Part shown: positions 15,401 through 22,611 of the stretch, piece after piece | Layout: each line of letters opens with the position of its first letter | How positions within the stretch are numbered: position 1 is the stretch's first letter | NCBI RefSeq assembly: GCF_035285525.1 | Contig: NZ_JAYKGW010000237.1 | Span: 1-29,609, forward strand | Source of the DNA: Okeania sp. | GTDB lineage: Bacteria; Cyanobacteriota; Cyanobacteriia; Cyanobacteriales; Microcoleaceae | Direction of reading: 5' to 3' | DNA length: 29,609 nt | The notes under the pieces: generated by a model | What the model was told of the DNA's origin: nothing | What the model saw: the letters and a program-made list of their open reading frames with translations, nothing else | The model's database searches: none | Position numbers and translations under genes: made by a program

Positions 15401-18382
15401 GCGATCGCTTACTATGTCTAATAATTTTACTCCTACCATTCCGAGATTTTCATCTTTTTGAATTAATTCAACCATCTGCGGAATAATATCTTGGCAGAGG
15501 GTAATATCATTATTCATAAATAGTAGTAAAGGTGCTTTTGTTTCCTCTACTCCCACATTATTTGAATTGGAAAAAGAATAATTATCTCCCCTAGCAATAA
15601 TTGTAATTGGTAATTTTTCTGACCATTGGATACAGACATCTATACTATTATCTGTGGAACCGTGGTCAACTATTATTAATTGATAATTTTCATAGGTATT
15701 ATAAATTTCAAAAGAAGCAAATAATTCACTTAAGAGTTTGGCTCCATTCAAACTCAAAATAATTACTGCTACTTCTGGTTTTTCTATCTTAACTTTTGCC
15801 AGAGGTATTTGATTTATAACTTCCTCTCCACTTCTGACTTCTTCTAATTCTTCACTTTTGATTCCTTCTTCACTTTTAACTTTTGAATCTTCATTTCTTA
15901 CTTTGGAATTTTGATTCTTGACTTCTTCTAATTCTTCACTTTTTACTTTGGAATTTTTACTTTGGAATTTAAAATTTACTTCTTCACTTTTTACTTTGGA
16001 ATTTTTACTTTTGAGTTCCAAAACTCGATAGATAAGTTTATTAATTTCTCCCTGATTATAACTAAGTTTAATTTCATGTTTTACCCCTTTCGGTCCGACT
16101 ACTAAAAGTTTAGGAGAATTTTTTAATTGCTGACCTGTTTCTGTTATTTTCACACTAACTTCAACTAACCCATTGCTATGTAAAGAAGGCGGAATCTTAT
16201 GAGCAAAAGCATGATATCCATGAGTATCAAAAGCCTCAGCTAAATCTTTTCTATATTTATTCGCGACTAAAGTTCCGATTAAATTATTACCAACAAAAAT
16301 ATCAAGAAATACAACCTTATTAGCATCTTTTTTATGTCTCGCCCAACCAGAAACATAGTCAATAGTTGCATAATCCAAACAACCTTCAAACTCCGTTTCT
16401 CCTAATACACTTAAATTACTAATTTCCCCAGTTTCCAGAACCCTTTGAAAAGATAAAACTTCCTCTAATTTTTTCTTAGCTTTAGAAAAATAAGGGTCTA
16501 TTTCCAAAGCACGACGATAAAAACTTATAGCATCAGTTAATGGATTTTTTTTAGCCTTAACTTCCCCTAACTGAAACAGAAACTTTGCCGAATTAGGTCT
16601 TAACTCCACAGCCTTAGTATAAGCAGCGATCGCCTCATCCCATCTACCTAATCTTGACATAACGTTCCCAATATGGTATCTTACGTCAGCAGATTTAGGA
16701 TTAAGTTGACTAGCTTTCGTATAAGCAGCCACCGCTTCATCCAACTTTTGCAGTTCAGCCAAACTTTCTCCCAACATATGGTATAATGCCGCCGAATTAG
16801 GATTAATTTCTGCTGCCCGACGATAACTCGTAACTGCTTCATCCCACCGTTTCAACTTACTCAAAGTATGACCCAACTGATGGTGAATTTCTGCCGTATT
16901 AATACCCAACTCAATAGCTTGCCGATAATTTACAATAGCATCATCAAAATTTTGTTGCTGTACTAAAGCAAAAGCCAAATTATGGTATACTGCTGCTAAC
17001 TTGGGATTAAGTTCTAAAGCGTAGCGATAATTAACAATAGCCGCATCCCACTTTTGTTGTGAGGCATAACTTTCCCCTAAATAACCATATACCTCAGCTA
17101 AATTGGGGTTAAGCTTTAGGGCACGTTCAAAAGAAGCGATCGCCTCATCCCACTGTTTAATATTACCCAAAGCCTTACCCAAATCTCCATAAGCTTCAGC
17201 CATATTAGGATTAAGTTTAACAGACTTACGCAGAACAGCTACTGCCCAATCATTCTGTTTTAATTGAATCAAAACATGGCCGAACTGATGAAACACATCT
17301 GGAGAATTAGGTTGAAGTTCAGAAGCTTTCCGGTAAGCTACAACTGCTTCCTCCCATTTTTCTTGTTGAGACAGAGCATATCCTAAATAATGATAAACCT
17401 CTGGGGACTTTGGTTGAAGTTCCGTAACTTTCCGGTAAGCTACTACTGCCTCTTCCCATTTTTCCTGTTGAGCCAGAGCATATCCTAAATGGCGATAAAT
17501 ATCTGGGGACTTTGGTTGAAGTTTCTGTGCTTGTCCATAAGCTGAAATAGCTTCTTCCCATCTTTTTTCTTGAGTCAGAGCATATCCCAATTGATGATAG
17601 AGTCCTGCTGTAGGGGTAGTATTTTGCTCCCTCAATAAATCAATTGTTTTTTGATAAGCAACAATAGCCTCATCCCACCGATGTAATTTTGCCAAGACTT
17701 CCCCATAATGATGAAAAACTGTAGCAGAGTTCGTAATTATTTGGCAAGCCTTTAAATAAATTTCCGCAGCTTGATGTAAATCTCCCAATTTTGTGAAAGC
17801 CATTCCTAACTTTTGGTATCCTGCCCAAAAACCAGGATCAATGTCAATCGCTTTTCGATAACAAATTATCCCTTCCTCAATCTGACCTTGTTTTTCTAAA
17901 GCTACTCCTAAACTTTGATGAGCAATACTAGAGTCAGGGTCCATAGATATAGCCTTTTGGAAATTAGCGATCGCTTCATAAAATAATCCTTTTTGGATTA
18001 AAACTTTTCCTAAACTAATGTAAAATTCAGAGAAATTAGGATTAATCTTAATAGCTTGGGAAAAAGAAGCGATCGCTTGACCTAACTTACCTTGTTTTTC
18101 TTGCATATTTCCCAAATTGTAATGAGATAATGCAGAAGTAGGTTGAAGTTCTATTGCTTTGTGGTAAACTTTAGCAGCTTCTTCCCATTTACCTATTTGA
18201 GTAAGAACATATCCTAAATGTTCGTGAAACATGGCCAAATTAGGGTTAAATTCAATAGCTTTTCTGTAGAGAGTAACTGCTTCTTTTAATTGGCCTGCTG
18301 CTACAGCTTGTTGGCCTTGTTGGAAATATTTGTTTGGAGTTTCTGGATTTAGTGGGAACAGGGTACTCATATTTGTCTTCAT
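12413..18382 (-). CDS. Giant multidomain protein (1989 aa): ~17 TPR repeats, GW-like module, K/S/E repeat linker, GT2 glycosyltransferase, and 2 CgeB-like (DUF3880/Glyco_trans_1_2-type) GT-B modules, the first split by a long S/E/K repeat insert
   Basis: - TPR array aa ~15-640 (nt ~18340-16460), many units of the form W.EA...Y.KA.EL.P.
- GW-like module: YVSGWARHKKDANKVVFLDIFVGNNLIGT...KDLAEAF...GYHAF (nt ~16100-16440).
- GT2: VAVIILSLNG...LIIVDHGSTDNS...FMNNDI...GALMMCRREDF..GGFNEDYFYGYEDVDLCL (nt ~15790-14950).
- CgeB-like C-terminal halves: FALYGYNWEKF...STNSRVFDAIMSGALVISN and ILFVGNSRKVYR...VDVYGTNWG...ISNRLFDAAACGATIVSD.
A methionine at codon 5 (nt 18370) is an alternative start. Confidence 0.8.
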   Translation of the reverse strand: MKTNMSTLFPLNPETPNKYFQQGQQAVAAGQLKEAVTLYRKAIEFNPNLAMFHEHLGYVLTQIGKWEEAAKVYHKAIELQPTSALSHYNLGNMQEKQGKLGQAIASFSQAIKINPNFSEFYISLGKVLIQKGLFYEAIANFQKAISMDPDSSIAHQSLGVALEKQGQIEEGIICYRKAIDIDPGFWAGYQKLGMAFTKLGDLHQAAEIYLKACQIITNSATVFHHYGEVLAKLHRWDEAIVAYQKTIDLLREQNTTPTAGLYHQLGYALTQEKRWEEAISAYGQAQKLQPKSPDIYRHLGYALAQQEKWEEAVVAYRKVTELQPKSPEVYHYLGYALSQQEKWEEAVVAYRKASELQPNSPDVFHQFGHVLIQLKQNDWAVAVLRKSVKLNPNMAEAYGDLGKALGNIKQWDEAIASFERALKLNPNLAEVYGYLGESYASQQKWDAAIVNYRYALELNPKLAAVYHNLAFALVQQQNFDDAIVNYRQAIELGINTAEIHHQLGHTLSKLKRWDEAVTSYRRAAEINPNSAALYHMLGESLAELQKLDEAVAAYTKASQLNPKSADVRYHIGNVMSRLGRWDEAIAAYTKAVELRPNSAKFLFQLGEVKAKKNPLTDAISFYRRALEIDPYFSKAKKKLEEVLSFQRVLETGEISNLSVLGETEFEGCLDYATIDYVSGWARHKKDANKVVFLDIFVGNNLIGTLVANKYRKDLAEAFDTHGYHAFAHKIPPSLHSNGLVEVSVKITETGQQLKNSPKLLVVGPKGVKHEIKLSYNQGEINKLIYRVLELKSKNSKVKSEEVNFKFQSKNSKVKSEELEEVKNQNSKVRNEDSKVKSEEGIKSEELEEVRSGEEVINQIPLAKVKIEKPEVAVIILSLNGAKLLSELFASFEIYNTYENYQLIIVDHGSTDNSIDVCIQWSEKLPITIIARGDNYSFSNSNNVGVEETKAPLLLFMNNDITLCQDIIPQMVELIQKDENLGMVGVKLLDIVSDRSLAFPPTQHLGVQLYFHSQNEPFYPYEVRYAPQLLKVQSAPWKVPVVTGALMMCRREDFLAVGGFNEDYFYGYEDVDLCLTIRQKLGKEIISANNLTAFHNRGFSRFNKGKEFIEKILKNRPIIEQRYAYYLRRQHLQDFFEKGMYWTGHPLTIGFAVTEADMAASAGDYFTAVELGEQLVKEFGWDVYYISEGDDWYDMTRLDVIVIMRHDYDLERIENAKPSLVKVAWARNWFEVWGSQKSKVDYDCFWCSSQKSADYIQQKLFKPATVIRIATNEERFEEGRRKKEEGRSDKVGILNQSGKIDSELEKKLGFSISEESEKTSSELGNKIPEVGKNSEIGISKESEKLDSELEKNSEVGKNSEIGISEMSEKSSSKLGNKISEAGKSAVGKNSEIGISKESEKLDSELEKNSEVGKNCEIGISEMSGKSSSKLGDKIPEVGKSAVGKNSELGISKESHKSDSESKKNSEVAILEESEKSSSELGNKIPEADKSKVESSSEVAVLEQQENINSELENKYKSDYCFTGSFWKYPRDIMSVLEPDNLPFEFALYGYNWEKFEKFKKYNRGPLPYTDMPKVYASTKVVIDDANSVTKQWGSTNSRVFDAIMSGALVISNGELGNQESFDGILPTYHSRESLENLLREYLTNEELRLAKVAELQKIVKEKHTYKHRAYTIFSALREKMSNSFRIAIKIGVPDWNQAQEWGDYHFALAMKRQFEILGHSVRIDILPEWENPQIFGDDVAITIRGLSRYQPKSYHINLMWNISHPDKVSLEEYEEYDQVFVASHSYAEELQKQVKVPVNTLLQCTDPNLFYPDEEGFEEVGEILFVGNSRKVYRQIVKDAVESNLKVDVYGTNWGNLLPDGYLKGEYIPNEILRRYYSKCGVLLNDHWDTMREKGFISNRLFDAAACGATIVSDKISGLEKVFGNKISTYNSQADLPKVVANSLQQKSQNKGVKLELAKYVREHHSFQKRVEKMLEAIKELNQKKMQSPK
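13863..14500. repeat. 171-nt (57 aa) in-frame tandem repeat, ~3.5-4 copies, inside the giant CDS
   Basis: The unit encodes GKNSEIGISKESEKLDSELEKNSEVGKNSEIGISEMSEKSSSKLGNKISEAGKSAV. Near-identical DNA blocks begin at about 14109 and 14279 (tttctgacatttctgaaattcctatttcg...), with degenerate flanking copies. The repeat also produces a spurious 212-aa antisense ORF. Confidence 0.9.
15835..16015. repeat. Short in-frame repeat encoding SKNSKVKSEE(L/V) units in the giant CDS
   Basis: The protein reads LKSKNSKVKSEEVNFKFQSKNSKVKSEELEEVKNQNSKVRNEDSKVKSEEGIKSEELEEV. On the plus strand, cttcactttttactttggaatttttac recurs. Confidence 0.8.
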
Positions 18383-18616
18383 TAAAGATTACTACTTATA
18401 CCATCAGGTGATGAACTTAAGATATTGATATTATAGGTTGGTGTATTTTGTTCTTTCAGCCTACATCAAAATTTGTTTTGAGATTTTCTCTTTTTGTAAA
18501 TAAAGGACTAAAATAATTTTTAGTTCCATTGATTAGGAGTAGACAACAATAATTTCAGAAATATTATCAATTTTTTCTGCTACTTATCAAATATAAATTA
18601 TTTAATTAAAGACAAT

Positions 18617-18826
18617 GTGAGCATTCAGCCATTAGCATTTAGGCGTCAGCTATTTATTTGAGTTTGAGATCAAAGCTTGGCTTTGTTGAGGTAAATTGAA
18701 TCTTATGATTAAAGCCGACTTTAAAGCTTATATTCATTTAAAACCATTTTAAAGTTTAGATAGGATTTGTTGTTAGGGAAACTCTGACCCAAGAAGCTAG
18801 CTGGTAGCTAATAGCTGAATGCTTAC
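18617..18826. mobile_element. MITE-like element (~210 bp) with 20-bp TIRs and an 8-bp target-site duplication
   Basis: Left TIR is gtgagcattcagccattagc (18617-18636). The reverse complement of the right TIR (18807-18826) is gtaagcattcagctattagc, matching at 18/20. It is flanked by the direct repeat AAGACAAT at 18609-18616 and 18827-18834. No ORF inside. It ends 50 nt upstream of the ATG at 18877. Confidence 0.7.
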
Positions 18827-18876
18827 AAGACAATATCCAAAAGTTATAAATTATAGAGAGGTTTAATAATATCAAA

Positions 18877-21800
18877 ATGACTTTACCTAGTTTTATCATT
18901 ATAGGCGCTCACAAGTGTGGCACAGCTTCTTTGTATAACTATATGATTGAGCATCCACAAATTTTACCTGCAGCCAAAAAAGAATTGCATTTTTTTAATT
19001 GGTTTTCTAAAGCAGGAAACAGAAAAAAAGCAGAAGGAGTAGAGTGGTATTTATCTCAGTTTCCCACAATTTCTAATGGAGAAAATTTCATAACTGGGGA
19101 AGCTACACCAGACTATCTGGTCGATCCACATACTCCCCAAAAAATGTTTAAATTATTACCAGATGTTAAATTAATTGTGCTTTTGAGAAATCCTGTAGAC
19201 AGAGCAATATCTCATTATCATCATAATCGAGGAGTTAGTAAAAAACGAGAACCTTTACCTTTCAAAAAAGCAATTGAAAAAGAGTCAGAAAGATTGAATC
19301 AAGAAAAAGAAAAACTCATATTTGATGAAAATTATAGAAGCTTATTTTATAAAAATTATAGTTATTTAGAAAGAGGAATTTATATTGAACAGTTAGAAAT
19401 ATGGATGAATATTTTTCCCAGAGAACAGTTTTTAATTTTGAAAAGTGAAGATTTTTTCGACAACCCAAATATCACACTCAAAGAAGTGTTTAATTTTTTG
19501 GATTTACCGAACTATGAACTAACTCATCAAAAACAAGATAATGAACTGTCTCATCAGCCAATAGATAGAAAAACGCGCTCTATTCTTGCTAAATATTTTC
19601 AACCTTATAATCAAAGACTAGAAGAATATTTAGCCATGAAATTTAATTGGGATAATACTGTTAAAAAATTAGAAAACCAGGAAAATAAATCTTTAAATGT
19701 AGCTCCTATGAATCAGCAAGTATCAAATAAAAATTTAGATAAATTATCAGTAACTAAAATTCAGCAAAGTCAAAAGAAAAATCAAAAAATTCTCAGGAAA
19801 ATTGACTTCAAATATCTAGTTGTAGGAATGGCAAGAAGTGGAACTACATTTATGGCCCGTGCTTTGAGAAGTGTAGGCATAAGATGCGGACATGAAAAAT
19901 TTTTTGGTGGTTCTCACAAACCCCAATCTCTAACTAAGAAAGTAGTTAAGCAGAGAATGTTGAAGCATCAAAACCTAAAAGCTGATTCTAGTTGGTTAGC
20001 AGTTCCATTTTTAAATACTGAATGTGTACCACAAGATGTTTCGATTATTCATTTAACTCGTCATCCTCAAAAAGTAATTGAGTCAATAATGGCAATAGGT
20101 TTTTTTCGACGAAAAAATTACAACTTTTATACTGACTATGTTTTTTTAAATACACCCGAAATTAAATTATCAGATTCAGAATTAACTAAATGTTGTAAGT
20201 GGTATTTATACTGGAACCGTAAAATTGAAGAAAGTGGCAGGCAGTTAATACATTATCGGGTAGAAGATCCCCTGGAAAAATTGTTCGATCGACTAAATTT
20301 GAATTACGATCGGTATAAAATTTTTAATGATACTCAAGCAAATTCTAGAAGAACTAAAGATCGGAAATCAATCAACCTTATAGAAGAAATAGAAGAACCA
20401 GATTTACTTAAACAAATTGTGGAAATGGCTGAACGGTATGGTTACTCAATTGAAGGAACAGAAACACCTAGTAAATATAGTCAGCAAGTTCAACAGGAAA
20501 ATCCTATTAAATTTGATAAAAAAGAAAGGGATATACAAGAATTTGACTCCAAATTAGCAAAAATCAAAGATGAATTACAGAGCTTTTCATCAATTGCCAA
20601 GGAAAACGCCAAAGTTCAGAAAATAGAAGAAAACTTAGTTGTCTCTGGGCTAAAATCACCAAGAATAGTTATTGAAAAGTACGACCAGAATATTGATAGA
20701 ATTTATAATGAATTATTTTGGGGATATGAAATCCAAGAAATTCAGACAAAAACTAACAACCAAGATACCATTAATATTTCTGGATGGGTATTAGGAAAAA
20801 ATTGTCCTGTAGTAGCTATAGAAATAGTTGAATGGAGTCGAATAGTGAAAAAGGTATCTGTTAATCAACCAGATCCTGATGTAGTTAAACTTTATCCAGA
20901 AGCAGCTCAAGTCAAAGAAATTGGTTTTAGTATAGATTTCTCAGTTAATGAATTACCACCAAAATTTAATTGGCTAGTACAAGCAGTATTTGCTGATGGA
21001 ACTCAAATGTCAATAGCTTGTCTCCAAACTAATGATCTTCAACCACTAAATATTAGGGATACACCTTTATTGACAAGAAAAGCTGTTGAATTTATCAAAA
21101 ATTTCTTTCCACAAAAACCTGATGCTAAAGTTTTGGAATTTGGCAGTGGTGCTTCTACTATATGGCTCTCTAAACTCACCAAAAATCTTACTTCTATTGA
21201 GCATGACGGTAGGTGGTTTCAGCAGGTTAAAAATCAGATTGAGACCCAGACAGATTGTAATCCAGTAGATTTTAAACTATTACCAAGACCATATCATACA
21301 ATATGCGAAAAGTTTCCTGAAGCATCTTTCGATTTAATTATTGTAGATGGTCGTGATCGAATGAAATGTTTTGAAGCATCAATTAAACTTTTAAAACCAG
21401 GTGGAATAATAGTTTTAGATGACGCACAAAGACAAAAGTATCAACAAGCTCAAGATTTGTTAAAAGATTGGCATTTGACAAAAACTATTACCAATGCTCG
21501 ACATACTTATTGGTGGCAAAAGCCATTTTCAGAGGCGAAATTGGTAGATAAAAGTCGAAGAACTCCTAGTCGAAGGTCAAAATCTCGGGAATTAGAAAAA
21601 ACAGTTATAGCTGGTGTGTCAATGGTGAAAGATGAAGAGGATATTATTTATTACACTTTAGCTGGGAATTATAGACAAGGGGTCAAAAAATTTGTCATGC
21701 TAGATCATTTGTCTTCAGATACAACAAGGGATGAGATTAGACGCTTCGCTGATGATTATCCAGAAGCAATGGTTTACTTGATTGAAGATAGAGATCCTTT

Positions 21801-22404
21801 ATTTCATAAGTACAGGAAAATGTCTGCTGCTGCTGAGTTTGCCCATACAATGTGGGGAGCAGAATGGATATTTCCATTTGATGCTGATGAAGTGATATCT
21901 TCATCAGAACAACCTCTAACAACTATCCTGAGTCAATTTGATCCAAAAGATATTTGTGTTGGTCTGCAACACAGGAACCATATAATCCGTTCATTCTACG
22001 ATTTATCTGAACCTAATCCTCTGAAAAGAATGACTTACAGAAAAAAAGAAGATACTGCTAGTGGTGAGGATTACAGTAAGGTTATAATTCGCTGGCAGCC
22101 TGGTATGGAAATTACTCAGGGACATCACGCTGTCAAATTTAAGGGCAAGAAGCTACCTGTGACAATACTGGGAAAAAATCATGGACTTATTCTGAGACAA
22201 TATAGATATCGTTCTCGAGAACAGATGAAACAAAAAATTATTAATGGAGGAAAAGCTTACGAGATCACTCCAGGTATGAAAGGTATTGTATGGACAAAAA
22301 AGTATACAAAGTATCAGAAAATAGGAGAAAAATTTATTGATAGGTTCTATAATTATGAGATTAATGGAGATTTAGATGCTGTTTACGATCCAGCTTGGGT
22401 ATAA
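18877..22404 (+). CDS. Multidomain enzyme (1175 aa): sulfotransferase, second sulfotransferase-like domain, GW module, class I SAM methyltransferase, GT2-fold (Glyco_tranf_2_4-like) glycosyltransferase
   Basis: - Sulfotransferase 1: 5'-PSB-like IIGAHKCGTASL and 3'-PB-like LLRNPVDRAISHYHH (aa ~1-260).
- Sulfotransferase-like 2: VVGMARSGTTFMARAL ... LTRHPQKVIES (aa ~310-520).
- Short coiled coil: IQEFDSKLAKIKDELQSF.
- GW module: INISGWVLGKNCPVVAIEIV...GFSIDF (nt ~20690-21030).
- MTase: KVLEFGSGASTIWL...FDLIIVDGRDR...LKPGGIIVLDDA (nt ~21090-21520).
- GT: IAGVSMVKDEEDII...FVMLDHLSSDTT...WIFPFDADEV (nt ~21600-22404). Confidence 0.8.
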   Translation: MTLPSFIIIGAHKCGTASLYNYMIEHPQILPAAKKELHFFNWFSKAGNRKKAEGVEWYLSQFPTISNGENFITGEATPDYLVDPHTPQKMFKLLPDVKLIVLLRNPVDRAISHYHHNRGVSKKREPLPFKKAIEKESERLNQEKEKLIFDENYRSLFYKNYSYLERGIYIEQLEIWMNIFPREQFLILKSEDFFDNPNITLKEVFNFLDLPNYELTHQKQDNELSHQPIDRKTRSILAKYFQPYNQRLEEYLAMKFNWDNTVKKLENQENKSLNVAPMNQQVSNKNLDKLSVTKIQQSQKKNQKILRKIDFKYLVVGMARSGTTFMARALRSVGIRCGHEKFFGGSHKPQSLTKKVVKQRMLKHQNLKADSSWLAVPFLNTECVPQDVSIIHLTRHPQKVIESIMAIGFFRRKNYNFYTDYVFLNTPEIKLSDSELTKCCKWYLYWNRKIEESGRQLIHYRVEDPLEKLFDRLNLNYDRYKIFNDTQANSRRTKDRKSINLIEEIEEPDLLKQIVEMAERYGYSIEGTETPSKYSQQVQQENPIKFDKKERDIQEFDSKLAKIKDELQSFSSIAKENAKVQKIEENLVVSGLKSPRIVIEKYDQNIDRIYNELFWGYEIQEIQTKTNNQDTINISGWVLGKNCPVVAIEIVEWSRIVKKVSVNQPDPDVVKLYPEAAQVKEIGFSIDFSVNELPPKFNWLVQAVFADGTQMSIACLQTNDLQPLNIRDTPLLTRKAVEFIKNFFPQKPDAKVLEFGSGASTIWLSKLTKNLTSIEHDGRWFQQVKNQIETQTDCNPVDFKLLPRPYHTICEKFPEASFDLIIVDGRDRMKCFEASIKLLKPGGIIVLDDAQRQKYQQAQDLLKDWHLTKTITNARHTYWWQKPFSEAKLVDKSRRTPSRRSKSRELEKTVIAGVSMVKDEEDIIYYTLAGNYRQGVKKFVMLDHLSSDTTRDEIRRFADDYPEAMVYLIEDRDPLFHKYRKMSAAAEFAHTMWGAEWIFPFDADEVISSSEQPLTTILSQFDPKDICVGLQHRNHIIRSFYDLSEPNPLKRMTYRKKEDTASGEDYSKVIIRWQPGMEITQGHHAVKFKGKKLPVTILGKNHGLILRQYRYRSREQMKQKIINGGKAYEITPGMKGIVWTKKYTKYQKIGEKFIDRFYNYEINGDLDAVYDPAWV

Positions 22405-22513
22405 ATAAATTTCTCAAAAGTCCTGAATAAGCTTTCAGTAATCCACTGAAAATACCGATTTATCTTTATCAAAATAATTGGGTTGCGCACTCCGCCTTTT
22501 AAGGGGAAATATT

Positions 22514-22544
22514 TTTGTAATGGGGCTGAAATCCCTGTTACAAA
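22514..22544. other. Intergenic hairpin (7-bp perfect outer stem, extendable with G-U pairs plus ggg/ccc)
   Basis: tttgtaatggggctgaaatccctgttacaaa lies between the CDS ending at 22404 and the one starting at 22612. There is no following T-run, so it is not a canonical intrinsic terminator. Confidence 0.3.
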
Positions 22545-22611
22545 AATAACTGACTTGGTTTAAAGATACTAGCTCAATTAAGTTTAGTAGAAAAAATGTA
22601 GTAATAATCAA

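Noticed and set aside
17319-17561. 80-aa minus-strand ORF inside the TPR region
   Set aside because: It is an alternative frame of the same strand within the giant CDS. Its internally repeated sequence mirrors near-identical TPR-encoding DNA units, and it lacks any independent start context.
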